NCBI GenBank assembly: GCA_964388785.1 | Contig: CAYMBX010000002.1 | Coordinates: 1 to 48,901, forward strand | Direction: 5' to 3' | Length of the DNA stretch: 48,901 nucleotides | Source of the DNA: an uncultured Gammaproteobacteria bacterium | GTDB taxonomy: Bacteria; Patescibacteriota; Patescibacteriia; UBA9934; GWF2-40-263 | Shown: positions 34,171-43,650 of the stretch, one piece after another | How positions within the stretch are numbered: the first letter of the stretch is position 1 | Layout: each line of letters begins with the position of its first letter | Made by a program: the position numbers and the translations under genes | The notes under the pieces: generated by a model | Seen by the model: only the letters and a program-made list of their open reading frames with translations | Told to the model about the DNA's origin: nothing | Databases searched by the model: none

Positions 34171-34817
34171 TACGTAATTTTTTTCCACGCATTTCGTTTC
34201 AAACAGCGAGCGACTTTCTCGGCTGGTGTTTGTTGGCGGTGGATTTGCTCGGAGGGGTGACCCGTGTTCCTCAACAACAGGCAACGGAAGACGATCTTGC
34301 CGTGCGAATGTCGCGTGGGGATGATCGGGCATTTGAAGAATTATACGGACGCTATTTTGATCCGATCTACGGTTTTGTGAAACGGCGCGTGGGGACGCAG
34401 GAAATCGCAGAAGATCTCGTCTCAACGATTTTTTTAAAAGCGTTTGCTTCGCGGTCGCGTTTTACCAGAGGTTCTTTCAAGGCATGGCTTTATTGTATTG
34501 CAAATAACACGATCATTGATTATTACCGAACTAAGAAGACTTGTTCCATGCCTTCGGATGAACTTCCCGATCTTCCCAACGGGGAGCCATTCGTGTCAGA
34601 CACGATCGACAATCAACATCTCCGGTCCATCCTTGAAACCGCAATCGCGCGTTTGGACACACGCTCTCAACGTGTGCTGCAACTGAAATTTTTTTCGGAA
34701 CTTACGAACGATGAAATTGCGGTGGCTCTGAAGATTTCGACAAATCATGCAGGCGTCCTGATCCACAGAGCACTGAAGAAATGTGCGAAATTTCTTCCAA
34801 AAAGCATCACACTATGA
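34167..34817 (+). CDS. ECF-type RNA polymerase sigma factor (true start probably downstream of 34167)
   Basis: Region 2: DRAFEELYGRYFDPIYGFVKRRVG...AEDLVSTIFLKAF...FKAWLYCIANNTIIDYYR. Region 4: SQRVLQLKFFSELTNDEIAVALKISTNHAGVLIHRALKK. Confidence 0.8.
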   Translation: MIRNFFPRISFQTASDFLGWCLLAVDLLGGVTRVPQQQATEDDLAVRMSRGDDRAFEELYGRYFDPIYGFVKRRVGTQEIAEDLVSTIFLKAFASRSRFTRGSFKAWLYCIANNTIIDYYRTKKTCSMPSDELPDLPNGEPFVSDTIDNQHLRSILETAIARLDTRSQRVLQLKFFSELTNDEIAVALKISTNHAGVLIHRALKKCAKFLPKSITL

Positions 34818-37800
34818 CCGACCGTAATGAAAAATTTGAAGAATCGTTTCAGAAGGCAAGCGAGGCGTTAACTCGCATGTCTCATGATTCAGATTCGCCG
34901 TCGCGGCCGGGATTTAAAGAAGCGCTTAAGCAGCGCATCCTGGACGCTCGGCAACAACCTGCTATGTCTGCATTTTCTTGGATCAAAGCTATCCCGCCAA
35001 AATTGACGGCGGGCGGGACGATCGCGCTGGTTGCGGTCGTCATCCTCATGCTCGTATTGAATCCGTTCTCGTCTTCCATCCCGGTCGTGTATGCGCAAAA
35101 CAACTTTACGCTTGTGGCGGAAGAAGAAGATTCCCTCGGTGTTGATCCCGAAACGAGTTTCATTTTGGAAAGTCGCGAGCCGCTCGACCTGAATTTTGTC
35201 AAAGAATACCTTCGTTCCGATACCAATCGATCGTTTGAGATCGAACGGATTGATGAATTTCGCGCGCGGATCGTGTTTAAAGAAAAGCTCTCCAGCGGGC
35301 AATTGGTTCGATTCCTTTTGCCGACACAAGCCGAACAATCCGACGGGACACTGAAAGATCGTCCATACGCCTGGGCGTTCCAAGTGAAAACTCAGTTTCA
35401 TGTTTTACATTCCATTCCGGGAAACGAAACCGCAAATGTTCCTCTTGATGCGGGGATCGAAATCGTCTTCAGTCATGAAAACGTCGATCCCGTCGATTTT
35501 GAGCGCGCGTTTTCCATTGAACCGGCCCTGACGGGTCATGTCGAAAAAAACCGCAGAAGTCTTGTGTTTGTCCCGGACAAACTTGAACCTTCTACGGTCT
35601 ATCGTGTGACAATCGATGAAGATTTGCATCCAGCAAATTCAAGTGAGTCTCTTGGAGAAGATTACGTCTTTCGATTTGAGACAGACGATGCTCTTCAACG
35701 AGGGAGTGATATGCGATTTTTGAAGACGTTTCTCACCACGATTCCCAACGAATTCGCACAGTTTCAGATGTCTTTCGATTACAGCAACCGCATTCCGGAT
35801 GAAACTTCCGCGTTCACCGTGTACCGTTTCCCAAATTTTGAGAGTTTCAAATCCAGCTTTGAACAATCGATCGTCGATGCTTGGCGGGATACACGTCCTC
35901 TTAGCAGTTATGTTTCTGTCGATACACTTTCTTCTGTCGGAACATTTAAACCGAATGTCATAGAATCCGGATATTATCCCGTGTACCAGGTTCCATTTGA
36001 ACTGGAAGAAGGCTATTACGGTATTTTGGTGGAATGGCAAGGACAGCAAGCGTTTGCGTTTCTTCAGTCCACGACGGTGAGCGCCACACTGGTTGAGGCG
36101 GAAGGTACATCTCTTGTATGGGTTCACGACACATCCACGAAATTGGCGGTGAATGGGGCACAGGTCAAAACGGATTCCGTGAGCGCAAACACAAACCAAG
36201 AGGGGATCGCACGCATCACGCTTCCTGAGACGTTTGAAGCTCTGGAAGTCCGTTCAGGAAATCACGTCCTCCTTTTGCCAAGCACGGATGGCTCGTATCT
36301 TTATGAAGGATTCGGTGGTTGGTGGGGGAACCGTACGTCTGTGGACGAAGATTATATTGGATATGTCTATTCCGATCGTCCGGTTTACAAACAAGGTGAC
36401 ACCGTTCACCTTTGGGGATTTTTGTCACATCGTGACAAACAGCCGCTTCCGTCGGAGGTGACAGTGCGTATGACTACGTCCGTTTACGGATATGCATACG
36501 GTGGAAAGTATCAGGATGTGGAATATGTCCGTGTTCCGGTCTCCATTTCAGGCAACGGGATTTTTTCCGTCAATTTCAAGCTTCCGGATGCGGCGACGGG
36601 ATATTACCGTATCGGTTTGCATCTCGGCGACAAAGAGGTCCTTTCACGGTCGATCCAACTTCAAGAATATCGCAAGCCGGTTTATTTCATGGAGCTTGAT
36701 GTGACGGAAAAAGCCGTGATTGAGGGTGATTCAGTTCATTATCGCGTGGCGACAAAGTATTTTGATGGAACGCCTGTTGTGGGAAAAACAATCGTCGTTT
36801 CCGCGGGTTCTTCTTCTCAAACAATCACTCTGGATGAAACCGGTGTTGCGAACGGAACGATTCCGGTCTCTGGAGGCTATTATGCCTATGGATTCGTGCG
36901 TGCAGAACTTGATGAGCCTGGGTTTGAACCAATTGGAGCAACTGAATATTTAACCGTCTATCCTTCCGCCATTCATATCAACGGCGAATTGACGATTGAA
37001 AATGGGTCGGGAACCGTTGCCATTGAAACAAAAACAGTTCACATCACAAACGGAGATGATCGATCTGAAGATCTCAAAACGATTCGTCCGGGCACGTCCG
37101 TGAACGTACAGGTGATCGAGTCATATTACGAAAAAATTTCCGAAGGGACCTCTTACGATTTCATTCGAAAAATCGTGCGGGAAAATTATCAGTATGTGCA
37201 CCGTGAACGTACGGTTGATCAACAGACAATCGTGACGGACCAAAGCGGAAAGGGAACGTTTTCCTTTGCGGCGCCAAATACGGAATCTTGGTATCGCGTT
37301 GAACTTTCAAGCATCGATGATCAAGGTCGGAAGGTGCTGACAACCGCGTATCCAAAATGGACGGGAAACTTGGGAGGATTCCGCTACGACAGTTATGACA
37401 GTACGCTGCATCTCGCCATCAAAAATCGGGAAGAAGACGGAAGTGAAAAAACCCAGTTTTTGGAAGGAGAGCAGGTGCAGATTGAAGTGCAGCAATACGG
37501 CGAACGGTTCCAAATGGTTCAAAACGGCTCGTTCCTTTTCGTGCAAGGACAACGAGGGATTCAAGAATATAAAACCGTCAACACGCCGGAATACGCTTTT
37601 CCGTTTGAGAGCCGCGATATCCCGAATGTGTACTTGTACGGCGTGCTGTTTACTGGCGAGGGATATGTGATCGTAAGCAGTGATGCGTATTGGACATCCG
37701 GAAAGTTTGTAGGGTTCAAAACTGAATCTCGGAAATTGCAGGTGGAGATTGAAACGGACGCGGCGCAGTACCGGCCGGGCGGGGAGGTCGATGTGAACGT

Positions 37801-39889
37801 GTTCGTAAAAGATGTTGAGGGCAAACCGGTCGAATCTTCCGTTAACGTCAGTGTTGTCGATGAAGCGTTTTTTGCGCTTTATCCGGACACGCCGGATCCC
37901 ATTGGTTCTCTCTACCACTCATTGAGTAGCGGCATTCACGACATTATTTCAAGCCACGAAACGAAGGTTATGGCGCTTGGGGCGGAAGGTGGAGGAGGAG
38001 GAGATGGAGAGGTGCGCAGCAATTTTGTCGATACGGCTGCCTTTATGAATCTGACGACCGGCCGCAATGGGCAAGGGAACGCGCGTCTTAAACTTCCTGA
38101 TAACGTGACCTCTTGGAGACTGACCGTGCACGCGCTCGATGACCAACACCTCCAGGCCGGGGTGAATACGAAGAAGATTTCGGCAACGCTCCCGTTCTTT
38201 ATCAACGCCGCGATTCAGCCAACCTATTTGACGGAAGATCAGCCGGAGATCATTGTGACGGCTCAGGGAACGGGGGTACGTTTGGATGACACGATCCAAT
38301 ATCAAATTTCCGTTAAAGATACGGAGATCGGATTTTCAACCCAATCGACGGTTGGTCAGCGTGTTTCTTTGCCGTTGCCAAATCTTCCGGAAGGCGAGCA
38401 AACAATTTTAATTGAAGCGAAAACCGGAGACAAAAAGGACGCGATTTCTCAAGTGGTCCGTGTCGTCCGTTCCCGACTCACCATTCCTGTTGTGGAAGAA
38501 AAGTCTCTCGATGCGTCAGCGACATTGGTTGGGTCGGATGCGGGATTAACGTGGGTGACGTTCCTGGATGGGAATCAAGGAAAATTTTTCGGTGATCTGC
38601 GACGATTGTCGTGGCGATATGGCGATCGTGCGGATGAATCGGTTGTGCGGGTCCTGGCAACCCAGCTCATGAATGAACTGTTCGGCGCGTCGGAATTTGT
38701 GCCCGACATGGACGCCGCTAATTACCAGTCTTCGGACGGTGGAATTCGTCTGCTGTCTCATGCGGATCCGGACCCGATTCTCAGCGCAAAGATAGGTATG
38801 CTTGGCGAAACGCCGTTTGATGAAGAACGACTTTCGGCATATCTGCTTGATCGGCTGTATGCCACACAAGAAGATCGTCAACTTTCGCCAGAAGAAGCGG
38901 CGTGGGCGTATGTCGGACTCGCCGGGTTGGACACGCCAATTCTCTCGGAGCTTAAGCGGTTTGCACAGCAGCCACTTTCCGAAGAAGCGCGTGTAGCGGT
39001 GGCTATTGCACAGCTACTTTCAGGGGATGCCGAAGGTGCGCGCGCGATTTATGAACCCATGATGAAAGGCGCGAAGCGAGAAATTGGGTACGTGTGGGTT
39101 GAACGAGAGATTCCGGAAACCGCAAAAGAACTGAACGCCGCCCTCTTTCTTCTCGCATCCGGACTCAATGAAATTCAGGATCGTGATGGACTGAAGGTGT
39201 ATCTTGATCGAGAAGCGAAAGGTGAAACGTTGGTTCTCCTTGAAACCTTGAGTGGATTGAAACAATCGTTCCGGTTTTTGAAACCCGGTGAATCCGAAGT
39301 GACCTTTACGCTTCGAGACGAGACAAAATCCGTGTCTCTCGAAAAAGGTGCGCACCTGACCCTCGCGGTCAACAAGGACGAACTACGTTCTCTCAATGCG
39401 CGTGCCACGAAAGGGGATGTCTCGGTCATCACCTCCTACCAACGACCGATTGCTTCACTTCCTGAGACATACAACAAAATCCGTGTGCAGCGGAAATATT
39501 TGGGCGCGGGAAATCCCGATTCACCCGTTTTCAAAGCGAATGACTTGATTTTGGTGGAACTCACTTATACGGTGGATCCATCGCTTCCGGGTGAATACTT
39601 CCAAATTACAGATAGTATTCCTTCGGGATTGACGCCTGTGACTCAGCGAGGAGGCTCTGAGGAGTACAACACATGCATAACGTATCCGGAAACCGATACG
39701 GATCAAACGCTTTCGTTCTTCGTCTACAGTGGATGGAACTACAGCTACTGTCCGCCCAACACCATTCGCTATTACGCGCGCGTGATGAATACCGGGACGT
39801 TTAAAGCGGAACCTGCGGCGATTCGTGCGGTCAAAATTCCATCACTCGTCAATTACTCGAATGCGCAGACGGTTCAAATCACTCCGTAA
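34814..39889 (+). CDS. Alpha-2-macroglobulin-family giant surface protein with an anti-sigma-like N-terminus (cytoplasmic tail plus one TM); no thioester motif
   Basis: ATG 34814 overlaps the sigma stop (ATGA). TM GGTIALVAVVILMLVL. MG-domain motifs EYRKPVYFMELDV...YFDGTPVVGK, VSVVDEAFFAL, FVDTAAFMNLTTGRNGQGNARLKLPDNVTSWRLTVHA. YGDRADES sits where the GCxEQ thioester is expected. Confidence 0.8.
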   Translation: MTDRNEKFEESFQKASEALTRMSHDSDSPSRPGFKEALKQRILDARQQPAMSAFSWIKAIPPKLTAGGTIALVAVVILMLVLNPFSSSIPVVYAQNNFTLVAEEEDSLGVDPETSFILESREPLDLNFVKEYLRSDTNRSFEIERIDEFRARIVFKEKLSSGQLVRFLLPTQAEQSDGTLKDRPYAWAFQVKTQFHVLHSIPGNETANVPLDAGIEIVFSHENVDPVDFERAFSIEPALTGHVEKNRRSLVFVPDKLEPSTVYRVTIDEDLHPANSSESLGEDYVFRFETDDALQRGSDMRFLKTFLTTIPNEFAQFQMSFDYSNRIPDETSAFTVYRFPNFESFKSSFEQSIVDAWRDTRPLSSYVSVDTLSSVGTFKPNVIESGYYPVYQVPFELEEGYYGILVEWQGQQAFAFLQSTTVSATLVEAEGTSLVWVHDTSTKLAVNGAQVKTDSVSANTNQEGIARITLPETFEALEVRSGNHVLLLPSTDGSYLYEGFGGWWGNRTSVDEDYIGYVYSDRPVYKQGDTVHLWGFLSHRDKQPLPSEVTVRMTTSVYGYAYGGKYQDVEYVRVPVSISGNGIFSVNFKLPDAATGYYRIGLHLGDKEVLSRSIQLQEYRKPVYFMELDVTEKAVIEGDSVHYRVATKYFDGTPVVGKTIVVSAGSSSQTITLDETGVANGTIPVSGGYYAYGFVRAELDEPGFEPIGATEYLTVYPSAIHINGELTIENGSGTVAIETKTVHITNGDDRSEDLKTIRPGTSVNVQVIESYYEKISEGTSYDFIRKIVRENYQYVHRERTVDQQTIVTDQSGKGTFSFAAPNTESWYRVELSSIDDQGRKVLTTAYPKWTGNLGGFRYDSYDSTLHLAIKNREEDGSEKTQFLEGEQVQIEVQQYGERFQMVQNGSFLFVQGQRGIQEYKTVNTPEYAFPFESRDIPNVYLYGVLFTGEGYVIVSSDAYWTSGKFVGFKTESRKLQVEIETDAAQYRPGGEVDVNVFVKDVEGKPVESSVNVSVVDEAFFALYPDTPDPIGSLYHSLSSGIHDIISSHETKVMALGAEGGGGGDGEVRSNFVDTAAFMNLTTGRNGQGNARLKLPDNVTSWRLTVHALDDQHLQAGVNTKKISATLPFFINAAIQPTYLTEDQPEIIVTAQGTGVRLDDTIQYQISVKDTEIGFSTQSTVGQRVSLPLPNLPEGEQTILIEAKTGDKKDAISQVVRVVRSRLTIPVVEEKSLDASATLVGSDAGLTWVTFLDGNQGKFFGDLRRLSWRYGDRADESVVRVLATQLMNELFGASEFVPDMDAANYQSSDGGIRLLSHADPDPILSAKIGMLGETPFDEERLSAYLLDRLYATQEDRQLSPEEAAWAYVGLAGLDTPILSELKRFAQQPLSEEARVAVAIAQLLSGDAEGARAIYEPMMKGAKREIGYVWVEREIPETAKELNAALFLLASGLNEIQDRDGLKVYLDREAKGETLVLLETLSGLKQSFRFLKPGESEVTFTLRDETKSVSLEKGAHLTLAVNKDELRSLNARATKGDVSVITSYQRPIASLPETYNKIRVQRKYLGAGNPDSPVFKANDLILVELTYTVDPSLPGEYFQITDSIPSGLTPVTQRGGSEEYNTCITYPETDTDQTLSFFVYSGWNYSYCPPNTIRYYARVMNTGTFKAEPAAIRAVKIPSLVNYSNAQTVQITP

Positions 39890-41588
39890 GATCAATCCAA
39901 AAAAGGGGGCGCTGATCGGCGCCCTCCTTTTGGTTTTGGTCCTATCTGTCATCCTAAGCGAACCATTTTCTGTCATCCTGAGCGATAGCGAAGGATCCCG
40001 AAGATCAGCGAATCAGATTTACACGCTCAAAAACATTCCAAACATCCATTTTGTTCTTGATTCGGTCGGAAAAACACCACTGAATTCCCACGATCGTTTT
40101 TCTCCTGTCCACGCCGCCATTCTCCCTCACCACACGGATATTGGTCCTGACATTGATCGTTTTTGGGCGGAGATTGCCCAACACACGAAGCCGGATGTCG
40201 TGGTTGTTGTGAGTCCGGCCCATTGGGATCAGGGGCAGTCGGTACTTCAAACGACAAACGGAGAGTGGCAAACCCCCTTTGGTTCTGTAAATTCGGATGA
40301 TGCGTTCATCCATCAGCTCCGCAAAAAATCGGAAATTGCGATTGAACCCGCTTCGTTTGAAAACGAACATGGGATCTCTGTTCACACGCCGTATCTCGCC
40401 CATTATTTTCCGGAGACGCCGATTGTTCCGGTGATCGCGCAGTCAAAAGCTGGTTCTCAAGCTGCATGGGCATTTGTGAATTCGGTGCTTTCGCTCGAGC
40501 GAAACGTTCTATTTGTATCGAGTATCGACTTCAGTCACTACCAAACAAATCAGGTGATGGATCAGTACGACGAAGAAACACGACGGATCATGGCGGCGAT
40601 GGATTTGGCGCGTATTGATCAAATGGGACCGGAATATGTTGATTCTTCGTTCGCACTTCAATCTTATCTATTGTGGCATTCACTGACAGGCTGCCGTTCT
40701 CAAGAGCGTTGGCACGATCGCAATCCCGGCACGAGTTATTTTGTGTATACCTGTAGCGAACGTTCGCCGCTGAGAATAAGCGCTGTTGGTGATCTCATGC
40801 TCGCTCGCGGTGTGGGAAATGCACTTGATCGCATGGATCAGGCCGTCAAACAGGCACTCACCCGAACCAATGATTTGTTGAAGAGTACAACAGCAGACAG
40901 CGACCTGACGTTTGGGAATTTGGAAAGTGTGCTCTCAACGAAAGGCCAGGCATTGCCAAAAGCCTATGTGTTTCAAGCATCTCCCTTCGTCGTGCAGTGG
41001 TTGAGTGCGTGGCGAATGTCCGTGCTTTCCGTTTCCAATAATCACAGTGAGGATTATGGAAAAAGCGCATGGGAAGAATCTGTGGATACTCTCCGATCAC
41101 ACGGGATGACAGCTGTCGGGGGATATGCGAATGAGCCGAACGTTTCGACGGTCATCGCCGGGGGTAAAGAAATTGCGTTTCTTGCCTTCCAAACCCTCAC
41201 CGTTCCTTTCTCAGAAGAAAAGGCGAAACGTGCGATCCAAGATGCAAAGCAACGTTACGATTTGGTGGTTGTATCTCTGCACTGGGGAGAGGAATATAAG
41301 ACAACGCCCGAAGCTTCAACCGTGCTTCTCGCGCACGCCCTTGTAGACGCCGGAGCCGATTTGATTCTCGGTCACCATCCGCACGTGCTTCAACCCGTGG
41401 AAGTCTATAAAGATAAACTCATTTTTTATTCACTCGGAAATTTTGTGTTTGACCAAACAGGTGAAGCACAAAATGCAAGCATCATAGTGAACGTTGATGT
41501 GTGGGATGACGGATGGCTGACGTATGTTCCCACACCCGTCACAATCGATCGTTTCTTTCCGCGGCATGTTTTTGAACCGGCGCCGTAA
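39861..41588 (+). CDS. Fusion protein: MEMO1/AmmeMemoRadiSam-B-like domain plus CapA (PGA_cap metallophosphatase-like) domain; start uncertain
   Basis: N-domain AAILPHHTD..., ENEHGISVHTPYLAHYF, FVSSIDFSHYQ. C-domain ISAVGDLMLARG, FGNLESVLS, VSNNHSEDYG, VVSLHWGEEY, LILGHHPHVLQPVE, YSLGNFVFDQ. TM near the N-terminus. Confidence 0.7.
   Translation: MRRRFKSLRKINPKKGALIGALLLVLVLSVILSEPFSVILSDSEGSRRSANQIYTLKNIPNIHFVLDSVGKTPLNSHDRFSPVHAAILPHHTDIGPDIDRFWAEIAQHTKPDVVVVVSPAHWDQGQSVLQTTNGEWQTPFGSVNSDDAFIHQLRKKSEIAIEPASFENEHGISVHTPYLAHYFPETPIVPVIAQSKAGSQAAWAFVNSVLSLERNVLFVSSIDFSHYQTNQVMDQYDEETRRIMAAMDLARIDQMGPEYVDSSFALQSYLLWHSLTGCRSQERWHDRNPGTSYFVYTCSERSPLRISAVGDLMLARGVGNALDRMDQAVKQALTRTNDLLKSTTADSDLTFGNLESVLSTKGQALPKAYVFQASPFVVQWLSAWRMSVLSVSNNHSEDYGKSAWEESVDTLRSHGMTAVGGYANEPNVSTVIAGGKEIAFLAFQTLTVPFSEEKAKRAIQDAKQRYDLVVVSLHWGEEYKTTPEASTVLLAHALVDAGADLILGHHPHVLQPVEVYKDKLIFYSLGNFVFDQTGEAQNASIIVNVDVWDDGWLTYVPTPVTIDRFFPRHVFEPAP
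39948..40002. repeat. Two tandem GTCATCCT(A/G)AGCGA motifs (dispersed short-repeat family)
   Basis: GTCATCCTAAGCGAACC at 39948 and GTCATCCTGAGCGATAGCGAAGGATCCCGAAG at 39972. They translate as VILSEPFSVILSDSEGSR inside the annotated N-terminus of the next CDS. Confidence 0.7.
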
Positions 41589-41619
41589 TTGATATCTTGG
41601 AGTGAGTTATCCACATCAT

Positions 41620-41642
41620 CACGCGTACGCGTGTTTTTTTTC
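41620..41642 (+). terminator. Rho-independent terminator
   Basis: CACGCGTACGCGTG palindrome followed by a run of 9 T. Confidence 0.6.
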
Positions 41643-41686
41643 TTATTTTCTTGGTCTATTTCATGGAAGCAAATGGGAAAGATGTG

Positions 41687-41715
41687 TTGACCTGTGTCAG
41701 AGAGTGGAATAAAAT
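41687..41715 (+). promoter_or_regulatory. Sigma-70-type promoter of the mraZ-rsmH-ftsL operon
   Basis: TTGACC (41687-41692), 17 nt, TAAAAT (41710-41715). Confidence 0.6.
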
Positions 41716-41738
41716 GGGTGTAGGTGGAACAAAGTGGG
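41704..41738 (+). promoter_or_regulatory. MraZ operator: four (G/A)TGG(A/G) boxes at exact 10-bp phasing
   Basis: GTGGA 41704, ATGGG 41714, GTGGA 41724, GTGGG 41734. They overlap the -10 element and the transcription start region. Confidence 0.6.
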
Positions 41739-41809
41739 GATTGGAACAGAACAGTTCCAGTGCTCACTTTTTATTAAATCATCGTGAGCCTTCTACCTCG
41801 CCGCACCCT

Positions 41810-42241
41810 ATGTTCATAGGCGAGTATAAACACTCGTTAGACGACAAAGGACGCATTGCGATTCCGGCAAAGTTTCGCAAGCAACTTGCAAAAGGGGCGG
41901 TCGTGACCAGAGGTCTAGACACGTCCCTCTTCCTGTTTCCCAAGGAGGAGTGGGACAAGCTTGCCGAGAAGCTCGCAAGTTTGCCCCTGGGACAGTCCAA
42001 TAGCCGTGCATTCGCCCGTCTCATGCTTGCGGGTGCAATGGACGTTTCATTGGATAAACAGGGGAGGGTCGTGCTGCCGGAATACCTCCGAGAGTATGCC
42101 GGAATCAAAAAGAATTTGATTTTGGCCGGTTTGTTCAATCGCTTGGAGCTTTGGGATGATGAAAAGTGGGAAGCGTATAAGAAAAAAGTCGAAAGCGATG
42201 CGGATAGTGTGGCAGAGAAATTGGGAGAGTTAGGATTTTAA
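41810..42241 (+). CDS. mraZ: Transcriptional regulator MraZ
   Basis: MFIGEYKHSLDDKGRIAIPAKFR and a second DKQGRVVLPEYLR (duplicated SpoVT/AbrB-like DxxxR motif). ATG 41810 chosen; the upstream part of ORF 41651 covers the promoter. Confidence 0.9.
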   Translation: MFIGEYKHSLDDKGRIAIPAKFRKQLAKGAVVTRGLDTSLFLFPKEEWDKLAEKLASLPLGQSNSRAFARLMLAGAMDVSLDKQGRVVLPEYLREYAGIKKNLILAGLFNRLELWDDEKWEAYKKKVESDADSVAEKLGELGF

Positions 42242-42338
42242 CGTGGGCCGCGGACCGTGAAGCAAAGGAGAGTGCTTTGCCGTCGGCTGCCCACACGCTG
42301 GTAGTTGCCAGTGTGTAAGGAGGACCTGTGACCCAAAT

Positions 42339-43226
42339 ATGTCAAAACATATTCCAGTCCTCCTCAATGAGGTTCTTGAGTACCTCAAACCGGAGCCGAA
42401 CCAATCTTTCATTGACGGTACCGTGGGGCAGGGGGGACACGCCGAGATGATCCTCGAACGTGTCACCCCTGTGGTCCGTCAGTCTGCCGGACGGTTGCTT
42501 GGCATCGATCGTGATGCACGCAATCTCTCGGTCGCGAAAGAACGTCTTTCCCGCTTTGGCAATGCGGCCGTGCTTGTGCGCGACAGTTACGCAAACATAA
42601 AACAGCACGCGGCCGTGCATGGATTCACTCAAGTCCATGGAATTTTGCTCGATCTCGGATTCAGTTCCGCACATGTGGACGATCCGGAGCGAGGATTTTC
42701 CTTCCGTACGGACGGTCCGCTCGATATGCGATACGACAGATCCAGTGGGCAGACCGCAGCGGATCTCGTGAACACGGAGAGTGAAGACGAGCTTGCACGC
42801 ATCTTTCGCCAATTCGGAGAAGAAAAAAAGGCTCGCCAAATCGCGCAGGCGATTGTGGTGCAGCGACAACGTTCTGCGTTTACACGCACGTTGGAACTCG
42901 CAGAGTGTGTAGAGAGAATCGTTCCGAGAACCGGAGCGATTCACCCGGCCACGCAAGTGTTTCAAGCCTTGCGGATCGCGGTGAATGACGAGTTGGGTGA
43001 ATTGTCACGAGCTCTTCCCGAACTCGTGGAACTCTTAATTCCCAACGGACGTCTCGCGGTAATCACATTTCATTCATTGGAGGATCGCATGGTCAAAACG
43101 TTTATGAAAGAGCGTTCTGATCTGCATGTGCTTACAAAGCACGTGGTCATTCCAACTGAACGGGAAGTGAAGCAGAATCCGCGCGCCCGCAGTGCCAAAC
43201 TCCGCGTCGCGGAAAAAGTAATATAG
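42339..43226 (+). CDS. rsmH: 16S rRNA (cytosine1402-N4)-methyltransferase RsmH (MraW)
   Basis: HIPVLLNEVLEYL, FIDGTVGQGGHA, LLDLGFSSAHVD, FHSLEDRMVK, NPRARSAKLR. Confidence 0.9.
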   Translation: MSKHIPVLLNEVLEYLKPEPNQSFIDGTVGQGGHAEMILERVTPVVRQSAGRLLGIDRDARNLSVAKERLSRFGNAAVLVRDSYANIKQHAAVHGFTQVHGILLDLGFSSAHVDDPERGFSFRTDGPLDMRYDRSSGQTAADLVNTESEDELARIFRQFGEEKKARQIAQAIVVQRQRSAFTRTLELAECVERIVPRTGAIHPATQVFQALRIAVNDELGELSRALPELVELLIPNGRLAVITFHSLEDRMVKTFMKERSDLHVLTKHVVIPTEREVKQNPRARSAKLRVAEKVI

Positions 43227-43245
43227 GACGCCCCCACCGTACCCT

Positions 43246-43599
43246 ATGAATGCATTCGCTCACCAACCATCACTCTATTCTTCCCGTCGTTTTTCATTTG
43301 TCCAATGGATGCAGGTTCACAGTTCTCGTTTGAATCTCCTTTCGATTTTGTTGCTTCTCACACTGTGTTTTGCCTACATTGTCCAAGTGAATCACGCCGT
43401 TTCAAAAGGGTATCAAATTCGGGATTTGGAAACGCAAATTCATGAGCTGACTCTTGTCAATGAAAGACTGGAGGTGGAAACGCAACAGGCACAAGCGCTC
43501 ACAAACGTCGCACGTGCGACGAAAATGCTCGGACTCGTGCGCGCAGAGCAACCGGCCTATGTTCAAGGAGCCGCGCCTTCTTACGCATTAGCGGAGTAG
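43246..43599 (+). CDS. ftsL: FtsL-like cell division protein (TM plus coiled coil)
   Basis: Position directly after rsmH. Single TM (LLSILLLLTLCFAYIV), then a heptad-like region (IRDLETQIHELTLVNERLEVE). Confidence 0.55.
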   Translation: MNAFAHQPSLYSSRRFSFVQWMQVHSSRLNLLSILLLLTLCFAYIVQVNHAVSKGYQIRDLETQIHELTLVNERLEVETQQAQALTNVARATKMLGLVRAEQPAYVQGAAPSYALAE

Positions 43600-43650
43600 T
43601 GTAGTGGATAATGAGAGCGGATGTGATATACTCGATGCATTAAGGAGGTT

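Noticed and set aside
41651-41809. N-terminal extension of MraZ (ORF 41651..42241)
   Set aside because: The extension covers the promoter and the MraZ boxes. The canonical MraZ N-terminus MFIGEY... begins at ATG 41810.
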